From the NCBI GenBank assembly GCA_028697455.1, contig JAQVEZ010000001.1, positions 67,902 to 131,901 on the forward strand: DNA of 64,000 bases, written 5' to 3'. The stretch comes from Minisyncoccota bacterium. Its GTDB lineage: Bacteria; Patescibacteriota; Minisyncoccia; Phycocordibacterales; UBA1006. Shown here in pieces: positions 50,633-59,922 of the stretch. Positions within the stretch are counted from its first letter, which is position 1; each line of letters opens with the position of its first letter. The position numbers were made by a program, and so were the translations under genes. Below the pieces are notes generated by a model, which saw nothing but the letters and a program-made list of their open reading frames with translations, had not been told where the DNA came from and did not search any database.

Positions 50633-51895
50633 TCAGCCAAACAATCTTTTGAAAAATCCTTTTTTCTTTGGTTCTACATAATCACCATGAGCATAATTAT
50701 TTTGATGATATTGATTCTCATCGTAATAGGATCTTGTCTGGTAATGTACGTTTCTTAATTCCTGTCCAGGTTCTCCCTGTGGTCTTCCATAAAAATCATC
50801 ATGAGAAAATTCTTGAGCATAGCTAGGTGCTTCGTATGAGTGAGGATCATTTACCTCTTCAAAAGAATGATGCTGGGCTTGAACAAACACCTCTTCTTTT
50901 ACATCCACTTCTTTTTGAGTGTTTATTTCTTCTTTGGGTTCATTAAAGTGTTCTTCCTTTTCAACTCTCAATGGGCTTGATGATTCGAGCGCCTCTACAC
51001 TAGGAATATCACCCCCTTGTCTCTCAGAATATCTCTCTTTTGGGTTTAGGTAATTAAATGAGCTTAAGTTTTTATTTCTCAAGGAAGCAAGAATTCCTTC
51101 AATATCGTTGAGTGTCGAGTAATTAATAAGAATCTGTCCTCCGTTTTCTTTTGCCTCAATGTGAACACGAGTTCCAAGATTTTCAGAAAGTTCCTTTTCA
51201 TAATTACGTATTTTAGGGTCAGTAATAAACTCTTTTTTACGTACCCTATCTTGAGCAATTTTTCGAGCAACCTTTTCGGCATCACGAACAGAGATTTTTT
51301 TGAGAACAATCTCTCTAAAAAGAGTACTCTGTTCGTCAGGACGGTCAGAAAGCATCAAAAGAGGTCGTGTGTGCCCTTCTGTGATCTTATTTGAAAGTAA
51401 CCCCTGTTTGATATCTTCAGGCAATGAGAGCAAGCGGAGGCTGTTTGAAACATATACACGACTTTTTCCCATTCGTTTCCCAATTTCCACATGAGTTAAA
51501 TTAAATTCTTTGTGGAGTTGTTCAAAAGCAAGTGCCCTGTCGATGGGATTAAGATCCTCTCGCTGGAGGTTTTCGATAATAGCAAGCTCGAGCTTTACCT
51601 TGTTGTCAGGTTCTACTCGAATGATAACAGGTACTTGTTGAAGCCGAGCGATTTTTGATGCGCGAAGACGACGCTCTCCAGCAATAAGTTCGTAGAAAAC
51701 ATCCATACCAGCACCATCTGGACGGATAATTTCTTGGCGCGTAACAACAAGTGGTTGAAGGACCCCGTACTGCTTGATAGAATCAGCGAGATCTTCTAGT
51801 GCATTGGCATCAAAGTCACGTCGTGGCTGGAAAGGGTTCGGAAGAATTTTATCTATTTCAACCCAAAAAATAGAATTGTTTTGATACTCTGACAT
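50633..51895 (-). CDS. parB: ParB/Spo0J family partition protein with a long low-complexity C-terminal extension
   Basis: PNPFQPRR.F, GVLQP, IAGERRLRA, ENLQREDL, HTH. Confidence 0.92.
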   Translation of the reverse strand: MSEYQNNSIFWVEIDKILPNPFQPRRDFDANALEDLADSIKQYGVLQPLVVTRQEIIRPDGAGMDVFYELIAGERRLRASKIARLQQVPVIIRVEPDNKVKLELAIIENLQREDLNPIDRALAFEQLHKEFNLTHVEIGKRMGKSRVYVSNSLRLLSLPEDIKQGLLSNKITEGHTRPLLMLSDRPDEQSTLFREIVLKKISVRDAEKVARKIAQDRVRKKEFITDPKIRNYEKELSENLGTRVHIEAKENGGQILINYSTLNDIEGILASLRNKNLSSFNYLNPKERYSERQGGDIPSVEALESSSPLRVEKEEHFNEPKEEINTQKEVDVKEEVFVQAQHHSFEEVNDPHSYEAPSYAQEFSHDDFYGRPQGEPGQELRNVHYQTRSYYDENQYHQNNYAHGDYVEPKKKGFFKRLFG

Positions 51896-51983
51896 ACAAT
51901 ACCTATAATATCACATCGCTTATGAATAAGAAATTTATCATCTTGCAAAAAGCACAACTTTTCAGTAGTATCATAAGGTGTAA

Positions 51984-52065
51984 GCCGGAGTGGCGGAATT
52001 GGTAGACGCGTACGACTCAAAATCGTATATCTTTGGGTGTGTGGGTTCAAGTCCCACCTCCGGCA
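51984..52065 (+). tRNA. tRNA-Leu(CAA)
   Basis: GCCGGAG/CTCCGGC acceptor; TACGA-CT-CAA-AA-TCGTA anticodon arm. Confidence 0.96.
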
Positions 52066-52125
52066 CGAGTATTAAAACCCAGAAAATTTGTTTTGGGTTT
52101 TAATATACGAGTAGCAAAAAGGTTG

Positions 52126-52277
52126 TGGGGCTTGAAAAAAGCGAAGCGGTATACAAGACGATCCACCAGCTGGCGGAGAGTGCTTGTCGCGAGCGGCGGG
52201 GCCCTACGAATGGGGTCGCAGTGAGTGCAGAGCACGAAACGAGACCCATGAGGGTGACCAAGTCCCACCTCCGGCAC
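52126..52277 (+). repeat. tRNA-associated structured element, copy A, ending in a duplicated tRNA 3' end
   Basis: 62-nt core shared with 60918-60979; CAAGTCCCACCTCCGGCAC repeated at 52048-52066 and 52259-52277. Confidence 0.8.
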
Positions 52278-52317
52278 ACAGCAAAACAAAAAACACTCAT
52301 TTTTGAGTGTTTTTTGT

Positions 52318-52986
52318 TTATTCGTTTTCTCCTTCTTTATCTTCTGAAGTAACTTCCTCATGCGCTCGAACCTCTCCTCCTGAGACAATATCATTATAGA
52401 GATAGGTAGAAGCAATTGAGATGAATGGAATAACAACGATCATACCAACGAGGGTGAGTGCTCCAATAATTGAAATAATTCCAATAAGGATCAAGAAGAA
52501 GAATATTCTCCAACGATTTCCTTTAGTTAATTTCCAAGATTTTGAAAAAGATTCCATAACTTTTGCTTTTTCATCAGCAACAAGATATTGCGTCATGTAG
52601 AGTCCGGACATCAAAATGAGTCCTGGAATAATCAAAGCAATAAACCCAAATCCAATAATAATTGCATAAACAATTCCTACAATCAAGAATGAAAAATAAA
52701 GTTTCAGACTAATATTTTCAAAAAGGTTTCTTAGGGCAATCTTCTTCCCTCGAATACGATTAAGAATCATTCTAATAAGACCGAGACTAAGAAATACTGA
52801 AAGAAGTCCTCCAATCAATTTGATAAAGAATTCAGATGCTGTGTAAAAACTTGAAGAATCAAATTTTAATTCTGTTAAAAATGCAACAATTGAAATGATA
52901 AGCCCTGCTGATAAAAAGATTTTCCAATCTTGAGTAAAAGTATCCCAAGAACGTCGAAAGATATTATTAATACTTATTTTTTTCAT
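52318..52986 (-). CDS. Integral membrane protein (DUF975-like)
   Basis: LIIPG...Y...D....ESF.KSW.LTKG..W.IF motif. Confidence 0.75.
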   Translation of the reverse strand: MKKISINNIFRRSWDTFTQDWKIFLSAGLIISIVAFLTELKFDSSSFYTASEFFIKLIGGLLSVFLSLGLIRMILNRIRGKKIALRNLFENISLKLYFSFLIVGIVYAIIIGFGFIALIIPGLILMSGLYMTQYLVADEKAKVMESFSKSWKLTKGNRWRIFFFLILIGIISIIGALTLVGMIVVIPFISIASTYLYNDIVSGGEVRAHEEVTSEDKEGENE

Positions 52987-53023
52987 ACTTTATTATTATA
53001 CTTTATTCTTTTAAAAAACAAAA

Positions 53024-54490
53024 CTATTTTTCTCGAACAATAGGAAACAAAATCACATCCCTCAAATTCCTCTGCTCTGTCAAAATAGCAACGATACGAT
53101 CAATTCCCATCCCAAAACCAGTCATCGGCGGCATCCCATGCTCCATGGCGGTGAGGAAACGCTCATCAACTTCCATAGCTTCATCATCTCCACCTTCTTT
53201 GAGAGATGCCTGGTGTTCGAGTAGCTCTCTTTGCCTCAAGGGATTAACAAGCTCAGCATACTGATTAGTAATTTCTGCCCCCGCAATAATCAACTGAGCA
53301 ACACGAGCTGTTCCATCTGGATTTTGTTGTGCGAGGGGTTTGAGATCTCCAGGATAATCAATAACAAAAGTCGGATGAATAATATGATTACGCGAAGATT
53401 TTTTATAAATAAAATCAAGAAGATTTGCTTTACCCGTTTTATTGATTTCAGATATGTCCATGCCGTACTCTCGCGCCTTCTCTTTTATCTCATCGAGACT
53501 TGCACTAAAGATATCAAGATGGGCATTTTCAAGAACAAGACTTGCAAAAGTTTTCCGTTCCCATGTTTTATCAAAATCAACTTCAACATCATTACCATCT
53601 TTATCTTGAACAATGAATACTGATTTCCCAACAATATCTTTCGCAAGGTGTTTTAAGAGTTCTTCGGTCCATGCCATATTGGTTTCAAGTGATTCGTAGG
53701 CGGCATACCATTCAATCATAGTAAACTCCTGAATATGAGTCGGGTCTGATCCTTCGTTTCTAAAGTTTTTAGCAATTTCATAAACTCGAGGATATCCTCC
53801 AGCCATTATCATCTTATGTTCAAGCTCAAGAGAGATTCGCAAAACCATATCCATATCGAGATCGTTATGATGAGTGTTAAAGGTTTTTGCCATTGCCCCT
53901 CCTGCTTGGTTTTGCAAAATAGGTGTTTCAATTTCAAGAAAACCTCGTGAGTCAAAGAATTTTCGTATTGCAGAAATAATTTTTGAGCGAGTTCTAAACC
54001 TCTCAAAAGATTCTGGATTGCTCAAAAGATCCAAATAGCGTTTTCGATAAATCTCATCAATGTCTTGAAGACCTGAGTGTTTATCTGGGAGAGGAAGAAG
54101 GGCTTTCCCCGCCATCTTCCAATCATCTGCAAGAAGACTCTGTGCCCCTCGCTGAGTTACAAAGAGCTCCCCAGAAAACCAAAGAAAATCTCCAATATCA
54201 ACCGTATCAAGGAAAAGATTAAAAAGGTTCTCATCAAGAGAGTCTTTTTTGAGAACCACCTGAAAAGATCCCGTTCCATCATTAAGAGTAATAAAGTTTA
54301 TCGCGCCAGCACTCCGAAGAGAAAGAACTCGCCCAGCAACACTGGTATGAGACCCTTCTTGGAAATTTTTAAGAACTTCTTCAAGACTTTGCTTGCGAGT
54401 TACTTCAGAAGGAAAAGCAGGCATGCCATGAGCTTCGAGTTTTTGTAATTTTTCATTTCGTACTGAACGTAGTTCTTCAAGAGATGCCAT
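53024..54490 (-). CDS. lysS: Lysine--tRNA ligase (class II)
   Basis: YRKRYLDL, GGAMAKTF.THHN, FRNEG.D.TH..EFT, GMPP..G.GMGIDR. Confidence 0.97.
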   Translation of the reverse strand: MASLEELRSVRNEKLQKLEAHGMPAFPSEVTRKQSLEEVLKNFQEGSHTSVAGRVLSLRSAGAINFITLNDGTGSFQVVLKKDSLDENLFNLFLDTVDIGDFLWFSGELFVTQRGAQSLLADDWKMAGKALLPLPDKHSGLQDIDEIYRKRYLDLLSNPESFERFRTRSKIISAIRKFFDSRGFLEIETPILQNQAGGAMAKTFNTHHNDLDMDMVLRISLELEHKMIMAGGYPRVYEIAKNFRNEGSDPTHIQEFTMIEWYAAYESLETNMAWTEELLKHLAKDIVGKSVFIVQDKDGNDVEVDFDKTWERKTFASLVLENAHLDIFSASLDEIKEKAREYGMDISEINKTGKANLLDFIYKKSSRNHIIHPTFVIDYPGDLKPLAQQNPDGTARVAQLIIAGAEITNQYAELVNPLRQRELLEHQASLKEGGDDEAMEVDERFLTAMEHGMPPMTGFGMGIDRIVAILTEQRNLRDVILFPIVREK

Positions 54491-54534
54491 ATAGATTACA
54501 GTATAAAGCAAAGACCTTAATATTCAAGGTTTTT

Positions 54535-54999
54535 TTATTTTACATCTTTAATATTGTAAATTGTTTCCCCTTTTGGAGAACTTACAGTGATCTTATCTCC
54601 TTGTTTCTTTCCCATCAATGCTGCCCCCAAAGGAGATTCAAAACTAATCTTTCCAAGAGAAAAATCAGATTCTTCGTTCCCAACAATTTGATATTCACAA
54701 ATATCTTTAGCCCCCTTTTTTAGCAAAAAAACAGTAGAACCGAGGTCAATAAACCCGTCATTTTTTTTGGTAATGGTTACTGCTGATTTCAAAATACTTT
54801 CAATCTGAGTAATTCGCGCTTCGTTCTTTCCCTGCTCTTCTTTGGCGTCATGATATTCTGCGTTTTCAGAAAGATCTCCCAAAGACTTTGCAAAAGCAAG
54901 TCGATCAATAATCTCCTTTCTTTTGTCTGATTTCAAATACTCAAGCTCTTTCTCCAGCTCTTTCTTTTTTTCTTTTGTCAAAAAATCCTGTTGACGCAT
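54535..54999 (-). CDS. greA: Transcription elongation factor GreA
   Basis: GDLSENAEYHDAK, ISFESPLG.AL. Confidence 0.96.
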   Translation of the reverse strand: MRQQDFLTKEKKKELEKELEYLKSDKRKEIIDRLAFAKSLGDLSENAEYHDAKEEQGKNEARITQIESILKSAVTITKKNDGFIDLGSTVFLLKKGAKDICEYQIVGNEESDFSLGKISFESPLGAALMGKKQGDKITVSSPKGETIYNIKDVK

Positions 55000-55041
55000 A
55001 TTGAGCCTAAGTATAGACATTTTAGCTGTTATTGCAAGCAA

Positions 55042-56748
55042 CTATTCTCCTGTTAGACTTTCAAAAAATTCAGGATAATGTTCTTTAGTTTGGTCAAGAA
55101 AATATCTCATCGCCTGGGCCGCTGATCCAGTACTTGAATCAGGAGCTCGTTCCATAACAAGAGCAAAAGCGTATTGAGGATTTTTATAAGGGAAAAATCC
55201 AATGATCCATGAATTATAAAATTCATTATTAACACCGACTTCAGCTGTTCCTGTTTTTGCAGCAATTTCAAGGTACGGAACATTTACAATTTTTGCAGTA
55301 CCTTTGGTAACCGTGTCTCTTAATCCCGCTTGAATAACGTCAAAGTCCTCACGAGTAATATTTTCAGAGATTTTTATTTTTTCTATTTTTTCATTTTTTA
55401 CAAGAAGTGGCTTGAGCAAAAAACCATCATTTGCAAGTCCTGCAATTGCTCGTGCCATTTGAATCGGCGTCACCTGAAATCCAAACTGCCCAATAGAGGT
55501 AATGTAAGTATCTCCGATTCGCCAAGTCCCATCTTCAAAAGTTTTTTGTTTCCATTCAGGATTTGGAATGACCCCCTTAAGTTCATTTCCAAAATCAATT
55601 CCTGTTGGTTCGGCAATACCAAACATTCGTGTATATTTTTCAATATTCTCGATTCCTAAACCTTTTCGTGTTGAATCTCCACCCCCAAGAATATAAAAGA
55701 AAGTGTTAACCGAATCAGCAAGAGCAAAACGAACATCGGTAAGCCCGTGCCCCGTTCTCCTCCAGTCTCGAAAGATTGAGGGATTTTTTGGATCAAAACG
55801 ATTTGGCACCTCTATCTTCCCGGTGCTGAGAATTTTGGTATCTTTTGTGATAATTCCTTCGTGAAGCCCCGCAAGAGCGAGAAAAGGCTTTACCGTTGAC
55901 CCAGGTGAATAGAGTCCCGATAGTGCCCGATTAAGAAAAGGCTTTCTTGGATCGGCAAAGAGCGCACGAATAGCATCGAGATCTTGTCCATCGGCAAGAA
56001 GTTGAGAATCAAATTCTGGATAGCTTGTCATAGCAAGAAGCTCCCCGCTATTAATATCCATAATAATTCCTGCACCTCCTTGGAAATGGGATTTTTCTGC
56101 CTGAGATTGAATCCCTTCATATAAATAGTGTTGAATAAAGGTATCCAATGTAAGAGTAAGGTTCTGCCCGTTAATGGGTGAGACGGTAAGATTATCGCTC
56201 AGTTGATTCCCCAGAGCGTCCATTTCGAGAATTTTTGCTCCATTTTCTCCGGCAAGAAGCGTATCGTATTTTCTCTCAATTCCTGTAAGCCCTGTTATCT
56301 CGGTTCTCCAATAAAAACCATTACTATCCTTTTGGGGGTAATTCACGTACCCAAGAATATGTCCGTGTCCCGAGAGTTCGGTATATTCACGAAGAGAGAA
56401 GTCTTTTTCAGACAACGGAAGATTCCAAGCAAGTTCCTTTCCATTTCGATCGTAAATAATTCCTCTTTCGGCAAAAAGCGGAGCGGATCGTAAACGATTT
56501 CTTTCGGATCTTTGAAAATAATTATCTCCAGAAATAACTTGGAGTGAAAACAATTGTCCTGTTAGAACAAAAAGAGCGACAAGAATAACAATACCAAGAA
56601 TAGCAAGGGAGCGAATGGGAATAGGCTTTTCAATAACCCCTTCAAATTGCTGTTGATCAAGATCTGATATATTAACGTCATCAATAAAAATCTCATCTGG
56701 ATTTATTTCATAATCTCTATATTTCTTTTTAAAACGCCAGAATCGCAT
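55042..56748 (-). CDS. mrdA: Penicillin-binding protein 2-like class B transpeptidase
   Basis: RGIIYDRNG, PGSTVK (SxxK), SVN (SxN), KTGTAE. Confidence 0.85.
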   Translation of the reverse strand: MRFWRFKKKYRDYEINPDEIFIDDVNISDLDQQQFEGVIEKPIPIRSLAILGIVILVALFVLTGQLFSLQVISGDNYFQRSERNRLRSAPLFAERGIIYDRNGKELAWNLPLSEKDFSLREYTELSGHGHILGYVNYPQKDSNGFYWRTEITGLTGIERKYDTLLAGENGAKILEMDALGNQLSDNLTVSPINGQNLTLTLDTFIQHYLYEGIQSQAEKSHFQGGAGIIMDINSGELLAMTSYPEFDSQLLADGQDLDAIRALFADPRKPFLNRALSGLYSPGSTVKPFLALAGLHEGIITKDTKILSTGKIEVPNRFDPKNPSIFRDWRRTGHGLTDVRFALADSVNTFFYILGGGDSTRKGLGIENIEKYTRMFGIAEPTGIDFGNELKGVIPNPEWKQKTFEDGTWRIGDTYITSIGQFGFQVTPIQMARAIAGLANDGFLLKPLLVKNEKIEKIKISENITREDFDVIQAGLRDTVTKGTAKIVNVPYLEIAAKTGTAEVGVNNEFYNSWIIGFFPYKNPQYAFALVMERAPDSSTGSAAQAMRYFLDQTKEHYPEFFESLTGE

Positions 56749-56751
56749 GTC

Positions 56752-57009
56752 TTATTTTATATATTTTTTGAGAAAAAAAGAAAACACAACAAAAACAACC
56801 CCCGCTACAAGTGTATATAAAGGAATTGATATTCCATGAAGGGTAAAAGAACCCCAGGTCAGAAGATCGTAGAGAGCTCCAAAAAAAATAATTTCAAAAT
56901 AGTTATTATATTTATAGAGAATAAGAAAAATACTTCCCAGTATTACAAGTGGGAAAAATCCCCAAATAATAAAAGCAAAAAATAATAAAAAAAAGAAAAG
57001 ACGAGACAT
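56752..57009 (-). CDS. Small multi-TM protein upstream of PBP2 (MreD-like position)
   Basis: Highly hydrophobic; G.LYDLL motif; 3 nt from the PBP2 start. Confidence 0.6.
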   Translation of the reverse strand: MSRLFFFLLFFAFIIWGFFPLVILGSIFLILYKYNNYFEIIFFGALYDLLTWGSFTLHGISIPLYTLVAGVVFVVFSFFLKKYIK

Positions 57010-57057
57010 AGTATTAAAGACAGGTGACAGATAAAGAAAAGTTAAAAATCATTTTAA

Positions 57058-57906
57058 CTACAGAGAAACAAATTCTGGATGGATAAGTTCATGGACTTCT
57101 TTCACAAGTTTCTTTGCTGTTCTCTCAGAAACTCCATAATCTTTTTCAAAATCTTTTGCTTCAAGATAATAAAGGTCTTGCACAAGAACCACATCATTGA
57201 GTGCGAGTTTTTTAAGTAATGATTGTGTCATTGAAGGAACAACGGTAACAGGATAAAGCTTTTTTTCGCGAACTATTTTTTTGAGATTAATAAATTTAGG
57301 ATAATCCCACCCCATCAACTGTAGGTCTCGGTGCTCTATATAATTGAGCGAGTTCTGAGTGAACTGAGTGTTCGTAACCATCCACATATAATACTCCCGA
57401 GTATCCCCATTGAGCTGAGCTTTTTTTCGAATATCAACAAGGCGAGCATCAGCATACATAACCTTATCGATATGTGTTTTTGTACGAAAATCATTTTTGT
57501 ATTTTGCTTCAACAAGGAAGACAACATTCCCTTTTTGAGCCATAACATCAATTTCATGTTCAACAGCCTCCCCATGGAGATACACATTTTTTTGAGAAAA
57601 ATATCCCATCTTTCTAAAAAGCTCAGAAACAAAGTGCTCGAAAAGAAATCCTGAAGGCCCCAAGGAACTTAGACCTCTCTCAAGAGAGTATAAGGCTGCA
57701 AGTTCAGGATCAATAGGTTTTAAGTATTTTCGTGTAATATTAAAAATCTTCTCAGTTGATGTTCCTGAGCTTATTTTTTCTGAGACGATATCACAAACCT
57801 GTGTTGCGAGTGATGTTGGGGCTCCAGCAGCGACAATAGAGTTACAAAGCTTTTCTGCAGAAAAAGGTTCTTGTGATCCATTTTTTTTAATGATTTTTTT
57901 ACTCAT
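57058..57906 (-). CDS. ATP-cone domain fused to a PD-(D/E)xK restriction-like nuclease
   Basis: IIKKNG..EPFS.EKL..SI (ATP cone); GF.FE, HEIDV.A...VEAK, VTNT.FT, LMGWDYP. Confidence 0.85.
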   Translation of the reverse strand: MSKKIIKKNGSQEPFSAEKLCNSIVAAGAPTSLATQVCDIVSEKISSGTSTEKIFNITRKYLKPIDPELAALYSLERGLSSLGPSGFLFEHFVSELFRKMGYFSQKNVYLHGEAVEHEIDVMAQKGNVVFLVEAKYKNDFRTKTHIDKVMYADARLVDIRKKAQLNGDTREYYMWMVTNTQFTQNSLNYIEHRDLQLMGWDYPKFINLKKIVREKKLYPVTVVPSMTQSLLKKLALNDVVLVQDLYYLEAKDFEKDYGVSERTAKKLVKEVHELIHPEFVSL

Positions 57907-57971
57907 GATGATAAAAATAGCTTATGCTTCTATTCTATCAAAAAAAATCAATTTCTGATATACTAGCCAGC

Positions 57972-58697
57972 ATGTCTGATAAAAATGAAAAAAAAGAATC
58001 TCTAGAAGAAATCATAGATTCGTGTGTTAATAATAGCTCAAACGCCCTTGAATCAAGACTCTGTATTATCAACAAAGAACTTAAAAGAGGGTTTGATTTA
58101 CTCAGCAAGCATCCCAAGTCAGTAACCTTCTTTGGCTCAGCTCGATTAGCTCCAGAAACTGATCCATATAAAAAAGCAAAGAGTCTCTCTGAAAAAATTG
58201 CAAACGAGGGGTACTCTGTTATCACCGGAGGAGGGTTCGGCATTATGGCTGCGGCAAGCGAAGGTGCACATCAATCAAGCAAGGGAACATCAGTAGGAAT
58301 CAATATCCAGCTTCCCTTCGAACAAACTATCAACCCCTTTCTTGATGAATCAATGGAATTCCATCATTTCTTCTCGCGAAAACTTATCCTCTCATACTCT
58401 GCCGAAACTTATATTTTCTTCCCTGGAGGCTTTGGAACCCTTGATGAACTTTTTGAAATTCTTACTCTCAAACAAACAGGTAAAATGCCCAATGTTCCTA
58501 TTATCCTCTTTGGAAAAGAATTTTGGTCACCTCTTGAAGATTTCTTTAAAAAAGTTTTGCTCAAGAATGGTCAAAAGGTTATCTCTGACGAAGATGTTGA
58601 TATCTATACGATAACCGATTCAGAAGAAGAGGTTCTCGAAATTGTCAAAAGCGCTCCTATACGAACCGAAGTTTCTACAACCATGGGACTTGGTTAA
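57972..58697 (+). CDS. LOG/TIGR00730 family nucleotide phosphoribohydrolase
   Basis: VTFFGSAR, ITGGG.GIMAA, FPGGFGTLDE.FE. Confidence 0.9.
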   Translation: MSDKNEKKESLEEIIDSCVNNSSNALESRLCIINKELKRGFDLLSKHPKSVTFFGSARLAPETDPYKKAKSLSEKIANEGYSVITGGGFGIMAAASEGAHQSSKGTSVGINIQLPFEQTINPFLDESMEFHHFFSRKLILSYSAETYIFFPGGFGTLDELFEILTLKQTGKMPNVPIILFGKEFWSPLEDFFKKVLLKNGQKVISDEDVDIYTITDSEEEVLEIVKSAPIRTEVSTTMGLG

Positions 58698-58717
58698 TAA
58701 AAAACAAGTAAGATTTC

Positions 58718-59149
58718 TTACTTGTTTTTTAGCACATCTCTAATCTCAGAAAGAATATCAAGCTCACTTGGTCCCTTAGGTGCTTCTTCTGCTGGAGTTT
58801 CAAAACTTTGTTTGATCCGATTAACTGCTTTTACCACAAGGAAGAGCGCCCACGAGACAATTAAAAATGATATAAAAGCATTAATAAATGATCCATATGC
58901 AAGAACAGCAGCTCCTGCCTCTCGTGCCTTTTCAACCGAAGTAAAGACTTCTCCCGTTCCCTTGAGTATTACAAATAAATTTGAAAAATCAGGAACAGTG
59001 AGAATTCCCGAAACAATCGGCATCATAACATCGTCTACCAATGATTTAACGATAGTACCAAAAGCACCTCCGATAACAATTCCGACTGCCATGTCGATCA
59101 TGTTACCCTTGACGGCAAATTGTTTAAACTCTTGTAAGATATTTTTCAT
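58718..59149 (-). CDS. mscL: Large-conductance mechanosensitive channel
   Basis: EFKQFAVKGNMIDMAVGIVIGGAF, L.EIRD.L. Confidence 0.96.
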   Translation of the reverse strand: MKNILQEFKQFAVKGNMIDMAVGIVIGGAFGTIVKSLVDDVMMPIVSGILTVPDFSNLFVILKGTGEVFTSVEKAREAGAAVLAYGSFINAFISFLIVSWALFLVVKAVNRIKQSFETPAEEAPKGPSELDILSEIRDVLKNK

Positions 59150-59266
59150 ACGGTATACATCTAAAACATTATCAATAAATAATTGATATAAGTATAACAA
59201 AAGTGTTCATAAGGAGTACTTGATTTTTGACCAAAAAGTGATATGGTTAAACAAAAATAAAAACGA

Positions 59267-59875
59267 ATGGGAAGACCAAAAATTTTCCTCGACTTTGATG
59301 ATACTCTTTTCGACACCAAAAGAGCAACGCTTTCATATTTTAAAGATAAATACGGAATCGAGCTCGATCCACATCGTTGGTACTGTGGAAACCAATTTTA
59401 CGAAATAATAAACCAACAACTTGAAAAGAAAATCTCAGCCGACGTCTTTTGGAAAGATTTTGCAGATGAATTTCTTGCATCTGTCGAAAGACACAAACAA
59501 GTCGAGGCAATGCCCCAAATGGTTCCTGTCGTAAAGGAACTTGCAGAAAAATATGATCTTTATGTTGTAACTGCGCGACAAGAAGAAGGAAAAAAATCAA
59601 TGTTCTATCTCTTTGAAAGAGATATCAAGGGGTGTATAAATTTTGCTCACTTTGCTTGGGCAAGAAGCCGCAAGGAAAAAGAGTATTTTTCAAAAAAAGA
59701 CTTCATTCAATCACGTTGGGGAGAAAACGTCTGCTATATGGATGACAACCCCAATGAGATAAAAGAGATTGACCCTTTTCTTCCCTCATTTCTTTTTGAC
59801 CCAAAAGGTTTCCATAAGGAAACTCCTTTTAAAAGAATTGAAAGCTGGGAAGAATTTGCTAACAAAATTTTATAA
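59267..59875 (+). CDS. HAD-superfamily 5'(3')-deoxyribonucleotidase-like protein
   Basis: FLDFDDTL, VVTAR, MDDN, RIESWEE. Confidence 0.8.
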   Translation: MGRPKIFLDFDDTLFDTKRATLSYFKDKYGIELDPHRWYCGNQFYEIINQQLEKKISADVFWKDFADEFLASVERHKQVEAMPQMVPVVKELAEKYDLYVVTARQEEGKKSMFYLFERDIKGCINFAHFAWARSRKEKEYFSKKDFIQSRWGENVCYMDDNPNEIKEIDPFLPSFLFDPKGFHKETPFKRIESWEEFANKIL

Positions 59876-59922
59876 AAAAAGCCGTTCGTTTGAACGGCTT
59901 TTCTTTTTTAGTTATAAGTTCC

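Noticed and set aside
52215-52245. Hammerhead ribozyme in the tRNA-associated element (..TGA-stem-GAAAC)
   Set aside because: The core reads CAGTGA/TAGTGA rather than CUGANGA, and I cannot build stems I and III with a cleavage triplet.
52033-52436. ORFs overlapping tRNA-Leu and the element, and the similar ORF 60915-61100
   Set aside because: Shadow ORFs in GC-rich structured DNA; their similarity only reflects the nucleotide repeat.
58722-59186. Long antisense ORFs such as the one opposite mscL
   Set aside because: They mirror well-conserved genes on the other strand and have no motifs of their own.
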